A stretch of 64,000 nucleotides of DNA from Parcubacteria group bacterium GW2011_GWA1_56_13 (lineage in GTDB: Bacteria; Patescibacteriota; Minisyncoccia; Phycocordibacterales; Phycocordibacteraceae): NCBI GenBank assembly GCA_001004905.1, contig LCRY01000001.1, positions 10,461 to 74,460 of the forward strand, written 5' to 3'. The notes beneath the pieces were generated by a model that was given only the letters and a program-made list of their open reading frames with translations, made no database searches and was not told the DNA's origin. Position numbers and translations under genes: made by a program. Shown in pieces: positions 18,630 to 25,096 of the stretch (position 1 is the first letter of the stretch; each line of letters begins with the position of its first letter).

Positions 18630-19343
18630 TCATTGCTTGCGTGCATCAATGATCGATGCGATCCGATCAATCATCCGTTCGGTAAGATGGTCTTTGTGGA
18701 AAATCGCGCACCCCTCCTCGAGATTTCGTAACCGGCAGATACTCCAGTATTCGTCCAAGGTGAACGGGATACCGAGGTACCGAGACCATGGGCAGACTGA
18801 ATAGTGAGTCCAGTCGACAGCCGTGCGACTTCCGAACCCTTGCGTATTCCACGCATGAAGCATCGGTCGGACAATCGATCCGTACGCGAGACCCTCGACG
18901 TACAGAATCGGAGGCGGAATAGCTGCCCATACTCGATCGTTTTCCATTGCCAGATGTGCGAGTAGCCATGCGTTTTCGAAGCAATGTCTGGGCCGAGGTT
19001 CGAAGGGAACGGTGGTCCATTCGTACGGCACGTAGTCCACTCCATATTCGAGCAATAGCCTCAGCCCAGCAGGGTGGACGCTGTTCAAGATCTTGAGATA
19101 GCCGGTGAATTGTTCTCCTCGCGCTCTTCTACCCGCTACCTGCTCGATAAAAGCGCGCAAGCTTGTATCGTGCCCGAGCGGGAATTTCCGAGCGAATCTC
19201 CGCGAAAGAAGATTACGGAAGTTCTTCCCTTGCGCGCTCATCAGCCATTTCCAATCGGTACGTTGGTCTATGTTTATTTCTACGGGTCGGCGCATGGCCT
19301 CCTCCCTATCAAGTTGTCCGCTGCGGACTCTACCAGATTGCAT
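18630..19343 (-). CDS. Cassette gene A: hypothetical protein with a transglutaminase-like/papain-like Cys-His-Asp motif arrangement
   Basis: HCFENAWLLAHLAMENDRVWAAIPPPILYVEG (compare TGase core G.C..FA.L...L..GIPAR.V.G), then MLHAWNT (HAW) and AVDWT (D); 237 aa. Confidence 0.45.
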   Translation of the reverse strand: MQSGRVRSGQLDREEAMRRPVEINIDQRTDWKWLMSAQGKNFRNLLSRRFARKFPLGHDTSLRAFIEQVAGRRARGEQFTGYLKILNSVHPAGLRLLLEYGVDYVPYEWTTVPFEPRPRHCFENAWLLAHLAMENDRVWAAIPPPILYVEGLAYGSIVRPMLHAWNTQGFGSRTAVDWTHYSVCPWSRYLGIPFTLDEYWSICRLRNLEEGCAIFHKDHLTERMIDRIASIIDARKQ

Positions 19344-19361
19344 ACAGTAATTCTAGTCGGC

Positions 19362-19409
19362 AAGAAGCACGGCGCCTTCGCCGCCCTCAAAAAAGCCGGT
19401 CGCATTTAA
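19362..19409 (+). repeat. Degenerate direct copy no. 2 of the rpmB 3' end
   Basis: aagaagcacggcgccttcgccgccctcaaaaaagccggtcgcatttaa encodes KKHGAFAALKKAGRI*; compare the native rpmB end at 18527-18574 encoding KKNGAFAALKKAGVI*. Confidence 0.85.
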
Positions 19410-19424
19410 ATTCACAAAACAAAA

Positions 19425-19449
19425 AGGACGGCCCGCCGTCCTTTTTTTG
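19425..19449. terminator. Bidirectional intrinsic terminator after rpmB-3' copy 2
   Basis: aggacggc-ccg-gccgtcct with an A-run upstream and TTTTTTT downstream. Confidence 0.6.
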
Positions 19450-19458
19450 GTCACGCCC

Positions 19459-20028
19459 TCACACCACCCGGCGCTCGGAAAATACTTTACCGAGAAGGCT
19501 CCCGTCCGTCTGGATGAGAGATTCAGTAATCGTCCACCCTGCCGCACGCATTTCAGCGTGGTACATTTGGCGTACCTCGTGTCGAGTCAAGATGATTCGA
19601 CCGTCCGGGCCAATGACGCGCGCCCAATATGGACCCTCACCCCAATCAAGCCACTGGTACGCGAAATTGATTGCGTTCAGTAGCGACTGGGACGTGTAGT
19701 TTTCGATGAAAGTCGGATTGAGCGTTGGACCGCAGACGACGAACGATGCGACTTTTGTCGGGAGGCCATACCCGCCTCTTGCCGCGTCCCAAACGCGCCG
19801 AGTCGTCCATGGCGAGACCACTATCTTCCCTTCGAAACTGTAGATCCCTGCCCACTGGGCTCTGCCGCCCCACATGAGTAAATGGGCGACTAGTTCCATA
19901 AGCAGGCGATTCTGAACCTGAATGATCTTGTCCTTCTGCGGGAGGCAGACTCTTAGGACGAATGACCGTCCGTTAAGCGCCTTCTTGGGGTAGGAACCGT
20001 AGCTTTCAACGTCGTTCGGTCGGTCCAT
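19459..20028 (-). CDS. Cassette gene B: diverged paralog of cassette gene A lacking the Cys/His/Asp positions
   Basis: LVAHLLMWGGRAQWAGIYSFEG aligns with LLAHLAMENDRVWAAI..YVEG of gene A; the catalytic C/H/D equivalents are replaced; 189 aa. Confidence 0.45.
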   Translation of the reverse strand: MDRPNDVESYGSYPKKALNGRSFVLRVCLPQKDKIIQVQNRLLMELVAHLLMWGGRAQWAGIYSFEGKIVVSPWTTRRVWDAARGGYGLPTKVASFVVCGPTLNPTFIENYTSQSLLNAINFAYQWLDWGEGPYWARVIGPDGRIILTRHEVRQMYHAEMRAAGWTITESLIQTDGSLLGKVFSERRVV

Positions 20029-20084
20029 CGGATTCTCCTTTAAGAGCAGTTCAGCTCGGACTATACTATGCGAAAGGTATTTTT

Positions 20085-20131
20085 AAAAGCACGGCGTCTT
20101 CGCCACTCTCAAACGCGCCGGTCGGATTTAA
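20085..20131 (+). repeat. Degenerate direct copy no. 3 of the rpmB 3' end
   Basis: aaaagcacggcgtcttcgccactctcaaacgcgccggtcggatttaa encodes KHGVFATLKRAGRI*. Confidence 0.8.
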
Positions 20132-20180
20132 AGCATAGATTCTTGTAATTTAATGAAGCGCTTGTTATCTTGGGAACGGA

Positions 20181-20441
20181 ATGGAGGATTTGCCCATGGC
20201 AAAACCATTTGCTGCCGGTGATCAAGTCGAGTGGCGTTATTTCGGGGGAAAAGAATGGACTGGAGGAATAATTGGGTCGATTGACCATGAACTTGGGATC
20301 ATGAGTGTTAACCAGGGCCATTTTTATGGCATTGAAGCTTCCCGCGCCACTCACACAGTCCGCAGAATAAATGGCAGATGGTTGGCGTTCCGCGCAGGCC
20401 ATGATGACTATATCGACCGAATACGCCATGTCAAAACCTGA
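20181..20441 (+). CDS. Hypothetical small protein (weak DUF2945/Tudor-like resemblance)
   Basis: 86 aa; FAAGDQVEWRYFGGKEWTGGIIGSID motif; lies after the third rpmB-3' copy. Confidence 0.35.
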   Translation: MEDLPMAKPFAAGDQVEWRYFGGKEWTGGIIGSIDHELGIMSVNQGHFYGIEASRATHTVRRINGRWLAFRAGHDDYIDRIRHVKT

Positions 20442-20481
20442 ACCAACCCCCGCCAAAAAGGTTCCTCTTACATAGAGGGAC

Positions 20482-21180
20482 CTACTTTTTTGTAATCATT
20501 TGACCGTTTGAAGTGTACATACTCGCGGGAGTTGAAGAAGAAGAGATAACGAGGTCCGGCGGAGGAAAACCCGCATTAAGCACAGCAAGCCATGCGGCGG
20601 CGCGCGGCGGCAGGTCGTTTTGGATGAGGATGGAAGTCGAACCATAAGAAATGCGCAGCACGACCGCACCATCGGCCGTGTTCAGGGCGGAGGCGGTGTT
20701 TGGCGGCCAGAGCACATCGGCATATGCGCCGTCGCCAAGCGAAAAGCGCTGGCCGCGCTCGGCCGTGAAATGGCGTAGGCCCCGCTGCGCGCTTGCCGCC
20801 GCGGCAAGCGCGGCTTCCTGGCTTCGAGTTCCTTCCGCGCGCGGGCGCACGAGCGCCGAAACGCGATAGCGTTCCATAATGTGCGGCAATCCGCCGGACG
20901 AATCGGCGGAAACGGTCGTGAGCACGATGCTGTCAATGTTTCTGTGCCACATCGGCAGGGCCGAACCGAGTTCGCGTAATATTCCGGCGTCCTTCCCGGC
21001 GTTTATAAGCAGCGTTGTGCCGCTCGGGCTCCGCACCAACACCGCGTTATCCTTGTCTGTATCGAGCACGCGTACTTCGAGCACCGGCAACGCGAATGCG
21101 GTCCGATACACGAGGACATTTCCGGCGACGAAAGCGACAAGTACCACAACATAGAAACCCACAACTTCTACACGGGGCAT
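20482..21180 (-). CDS. ComEC C-terminal metallo-beta-lactamase-like domain protein, catalytically degenerate and encoded separately
   Basis: LEVRVLDTDKDNAVLVRSPSGTTLLINAG...IDSIVLTTVSADSSGG follows the ComEC MBL-domain pattern; the HxHxDH metal ligands are replaced; N-terminal TM. Confidence 0.55.
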   Translation of the reverse strand: MPRVEVVGFYVVVLVAFVAGNVLVYRTAFALPVLEVRVLDTDKDNAVLVRSPSGTTLLINAGKDAGILRELGSALPMWHRNIDSIVLTTVSADSSGGLPHIMERYRVSALVRPRAEGTRSQEAALAAAASAQRGLRHFTAERGQRFSLGDGAYADVLWPPNTASALNTADGAVVLRISYGSTSILIQNDLPPRAAAWLAVLNAGFPPPDLVISSSSTPASMYTSNGQMITKK

Positions 21181-21209
21181 ACATAAAGTATATGGTACAT
21201 TCTATCTCT

Positions 21210-21800
21210 ATGAACTACTCACCAAAGACATTCAAGCTCCCGAAACTCGAGGGAATTTCCGAGAAGCAGCTCAAAGTGCATCTTGCTTTGTACGAAGGAT
21301 ACGTGAAGCACGTAAATCTCATCATGGATACCATTGCCAAGCAGGGTAAGGCCGATGACGAGGGCGGGAAATATGCGACCGCGGAATTGCGCCGCCGTCT
21401 CGCGTTCGAGTTCGACGGCATGCGCATGCACGAGTACTACTTCGAACAATTCGAAGGCGAAAAAGGAGGGAGTTCGGATTCAGGACTCGGGAAGGCGGCA
21501 AAGGAAAAATACGGCAGCGGCGAGAAGTTTATTGAACACATCAAGGAAGTCGCCGGTACGCGCGGCATCGGCTGGGTCGTCGTCTATAAGGACGCGCGTG
21601 CGGATACTATCCACACCGTTTTCGTCACCGATCACGAGCTCGGCCAGCTCGCCGGGCTCCCTATCATCCTCGCGCTCGACCTGTGGGAGCACGCGTATAT
21701 GGTGGATTATGTTCCGGCCGAAAAGAAAAACTACATTGACGCTTCCCTTGCGAACGTCAATTGGAGCGTCGTCGAAAAGCGTTTCGACGAAGCCAAGTAA
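21210..21800 (+). CDS. Fe/Mn superoxide dismutase family protein
   Basis: C-terminal PIILALDLWEHAYMVDYVPAEKKNYIDASLANVNWSVVEKRF matches the SOD D.WEHAY...NW..V..R motif; N-terminal LPKLEG...YVKHVN region; overlaps the ComEC ORF 3' end convergently by about 70 nt. Confidence 0.7.
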   Translation: MNYSPKTFKLPKLEGISEKQLKVHLALYEGYVKHVNLIMDTIAKQGKADDEGGKYATAELRRRLAFEFDGMRMHEYYFEQFEGEKGGSSDSGLGKAAKEKYGSGEKFIEHIKEVAGTRGIGWVVVYKDARADTIHTVFVTDHELGQLAGLPIILALDLWEHAYMVDYVPAEKKNYIDASLANVNWSVVEKRFDEAK

Positions 21801-23263
21801 ATCAATCCGGCGTACGCAACGAGTGCAAGCCAGAACGGGAACGGCGGGAGTGAGAATGCCGCAAGCGGTAGCGCGGCGGACTCGCGCGCGATAAATAAGA
21901 GGTAAGCATTCGCAAGGTACGCGGGGAATGCGAGCACGATGCCAATGAGCGGGGCCATAGAACCGAACAGCATTCCCGCAAAGCCCGCGAGGGCGGAAGA
22001 CCCCATCGCGAGCGGGACAAACGGCATCACGAGCAGGTTTGCCGGAATGGAAACGAGCGAGAGATTGCCGGTGTCGTAGAGGAGAAGCGGCAGCACGGCG
22101 ATCTGCGCCGAAAGCGTGGTCGCCACCGCATTTTTCCAGAATGAGCTTTTCATAAACGACAAAAACGTCTCGACGATGGGAGCGAGCCAGATGAGTCCGG
22201 TAGTTGCCGCCACCGAAAGGCCGAAGCCGGGGTCAAAGACGAGGTAGAGAGGGTTCCAGAGGAGCATGAGGAACACAACGAGGAGGAGCGCCCGACCGGC
22301 CGCATAGGTGCGGCCGGTCGCGCGGGCGTAGAGCGCGATGAGCGCCATGAGCGCGGCGCGCAGCGCCGTCGCCGAGAACCCAGCGATACCCACGAACATA
22401 AGCAGGGCAAACGCTCCGGCCGCCGCGCCCCAACGCCTCGGGAGCGCAGTGAGCGCGAGCGCGGCTATCACCCACTCGGCAACGACCATGACGTTGTAGC
22501 CGGAGAGCACGATTATCTGCACGAGGCCGCTGCGGACGAAATCTTCCTTTACTTTCTCGCCCAATCCCGATTTGCCGCCGATGACGATGCCGCTGGCCAG
22601 GGATGCATGGGGCTCGGGTAATGTCGCGGCGATACCATCAAGGAACGCATGCTTTACGCGCGCAAGCGCGGCCGGAAGCGAGTACCACGGCGCTGGCGAT
22701 TCGACGCGCAGGTATGCGAAATTGAGCATAAAACGCACGCCGTCGCGCTCCAGATATTTGTCGTAGCGGAATATGCGGCCATTATCGTCGGCGAACGGTT
22801 CCGGGATGGCGAGCGTTCCCGACACGAATACTCGGTCGCCGACGGCGACGCTTGGATAGCGCGGTGCGACTGCCAGCATCGTCGTTGATTCATTCCCTTT
22901 TGAAACTCGTATTTCGACGCGCTGGTTCGCATCACGCACATCGGGGTCGCTCACCACGATGCCTTCATACGAAACTCGCTGCCCCACTTCGGCGACGAAG
23001 ACCGTCGGCAGAGGCGATTCGGAAAGCGCCATGCGCACCGCGCCGAGCGCGGCCACGAGGCAAAAAGCGATGGCGAGCGCATAAAATATATGCCGCTTGA
23101 AGTAGTAGAACGCGCCGAACACACCCGCCGCGAGCACAAAAAATACCGCCGGTTCCCATCCCGACGTGAGCGACCGTACGAACACCCCTCCCGCGAATCC
23201 TATGACAACGGCAATAAGTGCACCCACGTAAAGTATGGTAGCGCAACCTGGGTCTTGACACAT
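21731..23263 (-). CDS. comEC: DNA internalisation-related competence protein ComEC/Rec2 (DUF4131 plus Competence domain, no MBL domain)
   Basis: 510 aa polytopic; Competence-domain motifs LALTALPRRWGAAAGAFALLMFVGIAGFSATALRAALMALIALYA...LLWNPLYLV.DPGF. Confidence 0.8.
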   Translation of the reverse strand: MCQDPGCATILYVGALIAVVIGFAGGVFVRSLTSGWEPAVFFVLAAGVFGAFYYFKRHIFYALAIAFCLVAALGAVRMALSESPLPTVFVAEVGQRVSYEGIVVSDPDVRDANQRVEIRVSKGNESTTMLAVAPRYPSVAVGDRVFVSGTLAIPEPFADDNGRIFRYDKYLERDGVRFMLNFAYLRVESPAPWYSLPAALARVKHAFLDGIAATLPEPHASLASGIVIGGKSGLGEKVKEDFVRSGLVQIIVLSGYNVMVVAEWVIAALALTALPRRWGAAAGAFALLMFVGIAGFSATALRAALMALIALYARATGRTYAAGRALLLVVFLMLLWNPLYLVFDPGFGLSVAATTGLIWLAPIVETFLSFMKSSFWKNAVATTLSAQIAVLPLLLYDTGNLSLVSIPANLLVMPFVPLAMGSSALAGFAGMLFGSMAPLIGIVLAFPAYLANAYLLFIARESAALPLAAFSLPPFPFWLALVAYAGLIYLASSKRFSTTLQLTFAREASM

Positions 23264-23309
23264 TTCCCATATAAAGATAACATATCCGTTATGTTAGCCC
23301 CGGTACATT

Positions 23310-23681
23310 ATGGAATATAGCTTCTGGCAGACCCGACAAGGGGGAACGCCAGTTCTAGATGACTTACAAGCTGTAGCCCAAGCCGATGCTAACTCAGGAA
23401 AATCTTACTGGCTCCAGCTGAGCAAGGTCGAGAAATATACCTATCAGCAATTAATAAGGAAACTTCTCAAGAAGCTCAAAGGGAAGAATCCCTACAAGCT
23501 GTTTGAACTAAGATTTGCCCTGCCCCGGAAGATAGCAAGGACCTTTTGCGTCATCAGTCGTGATTCGAAATTATGGTTGTTACATCTGGTTATTAAGAAG
23601 AAAGATGGAACTAAGCGTTCTGATATAAAGATTGCTGAAGAAAGGGCAAAAATCCTAGAACAGACAATCCATTATCTGTAA
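23310..23681 (+). CDS. HigB/Gp49-family (RelE/ParE superfamily) toxin-like protein
   Basis: LFELRFALPRKIARTFCVISRDSKLWLLHLVIKKKDGTKRSDIKIAEERAKIL matches the Gp49/HigB core (ElR...yRi.yf....ivLLhgf.KK); low-GC islet. Confidence 0.6.
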   Translation: MEYSFWQTRQGGTPVLDDLQAVAQADANSGKSYWLQLSKVEKYTYQQLIRKLLKKLKGKNPYKLFELRFALPRKIARTFCVISRDSKLWLLHLVIKKKDGTKRSDIKIAEERAKILEQTIHYL

Positions 23682-23691
23682 ATGAAACAAT

Positions 23692-24138
23692 ATGAAGATA
23701 CAACACGCAAAATCGATACTGCTTGAAAATGATATGATTCGAAAATCATTTGGGAAAAATGATCTTGATAGCATCAAGATGAATGTCGGTCTGCAGATTC
23801 TTGAGCTGAGGTTAATCAAGAACCTTACTCAAAAGCAGCTTGCCAAAAAAATCGGTACTAAGCAGCCGAGTGTTGCGCGTGTTGAAAGAGGAGCTATGGC
23901 CCCTAGTTTAACGTTCCTATATAAAATAGCGGCTGCGGTTGATACGGAATTAATTCCACCTAAATTCGCAGTTGTTGAAAGGAACGAACAACTATATCAA
24001 ACGAATAATTTTCCTTCCTACCATTTCAGCAATGTGCAGAGTCAAGGAAAGCTGCAAAAAAATGCTGAAATTTCACATGTGCAACTTCCAAGTACTCGGG
24101 AGATATTCTCGTTTGATCATCAATTAGTTACACGGTAA
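23692..24138 (+). CDS. XRE-family HTH protein, putative HigA-like antitoxin
   Basis: HTH LRLIKNLTQKQLAKKIGTKQPSVARVERG; immediately downstream of the toxin-like gene; low GC. Confidence 0.6.
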   Translation: MKIQHAKSILLENDMIRKSFGKNDLDSIKMNVGLQILELRLIKNLTQKQLAKKIGTKQPSVARVERGAMAPSLTFLYKIAAAVDTELIPPKFAVVERNEQLYQTNNFPSYHFSNVQSQGKLQKNAEISHVQLPSTREIFSFDHQLVTR

Positions 24139-24149
24139 TTCTCAAAAAC

Positions 24150-24623
24150 ATGGAAAAAGAAAACATACTTAGATACATGGGCGGCATAGTTTGTGAATCT
24201 TCTGCAGTCGACCAACAGACCCAAAGTCTTTCTGCCTTCAAGATAATTGACCAAATTAATGTGAACATTAAATCAACCGACCCGACGGTAACATCAAAAT
24301 CACTACAAAAAATAACAATCCCTCTTTCGCTACAAGTTATTTCTCTATGGAAAAGAAATAAACAATCGGATCAAGGGAGGGACATCGAAGGAAAAATCGT
24401 TGTGGAGATTATTGATCCCCGAGGTGAAGTCCTCGCAAAACATCCTATTAATGTCCTACTGCCATTAAACAAAATTCGTTCCAGAACAATTCTTAATATA
24501 CAGGGAATGCCTGTATCAACTACTGGTGAGTATTGTGTGCAGATGAAAGAGGTTAACACAAACGGGAAAGAATCATCACCTCTGGCCAAGCTTTGTTTCG
24601 ATTTAATTCTAAACAAGGAGTGA
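24150..24623 (+). CDS. Hypothetical protein in the low-GC islet
   Basis: 157 aa; AT-rich codon usage like its neighbours; no recognisable motif. Confidence 0.4.
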   Translation: MEKENILRYMGGIVCESSAVDQQTQSLSAFKIIDQINVNIKSTDPTVTSKSLQKITIPLSLQVISLWKRNKQSDQGRDIEGKIVVEIIDPRGEVLAKHPINVLLPLNKIRSRTILNIQGMPVSTTGEYCVQMKEVNTNGKESSPLAKLCFDLILNKE

Positions 24624-24663
24624 CTATCACAATAGTAAAAACGCTAGAAATAATGTCAGGAAT

Positions 24664-25089
24664 CTAGAATCCAGAACCTCGGTCCATGGCCCCGTTCGCA
24701 AGAGCATCGGCGTCGGTGTTTTCTTCCCGCGGGACGTGAGTGAAGGAAACGGTACCAAAGGCAGAAGCGAGTTGGCCGAGGCGCGCCTGCTGTTCCTTCA
24801 AGACCGGATGTTTTACTTTATATTCTCCGCGCATCTGCTTTACGATAAGCTCGCTATCGAGCTTCACCTTTACCTCCGTCGTGTCGTGTTCCGAAAGCGG
24901 TACGAGCTTCAGGAGCTCCTCAAAGGCGAGAATGACCGCTTCGTATTCTGCGTAATTGTTCGTGCGCGTGCCGAGGAATTTGGAGACGCTCGCGACCGAA
25001 TTGCCAAGCTCGTCCCGTATCATCGCTCCCGCGCCCGCAGGCCCCGGGTTTCCCCGCGCTCCCCCGTCGGCATGGATGGTGAACTTCAT
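24664..25089 (-). CDS. rnhA: Ribonuclease HI
   Basis: 141 aa; HADGGARGNPGPAG...YAEYEA...THVPREENTDADALA DEDD motif pattern. Confidence 0.85.
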   Translation of the reverse strand: MKFTIHADGGARGNPGPAGAGAMIRDELGNSVASVSKFLGTRTNNYAEYEAVILAFEELLKLVPLSEHDTTEVKVKLDSELIVKQMRGEYKVKHPVLKEQQARLGQLASAFGTVSFTHVPREENTDADALANGAMDRGSGF

Positions 25090-25096
25090 ACCGCTA

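Noticed and set aside
19074-19409. 111-aa plus-strand ORF reading into rpmB-3' copy 2
   Set aside because: It is antisense to cassette gene A, with low-complexity composition. Only its last 16 codons, the rpmB-derived segment, are meaningful, as a relic rather than a gene.
21215-21692. Minus-strand ORFs (70-76 aa) between comEC and the MBL-domain ORF that might represent a continuous frameshifted comEC linker
   Set aside because: These frames show no ComEC-like conservation. The plus-strand SOD-like ORF in the same interval has a strong family-specific C-terminal motif, so the interval is assigned to that gene.
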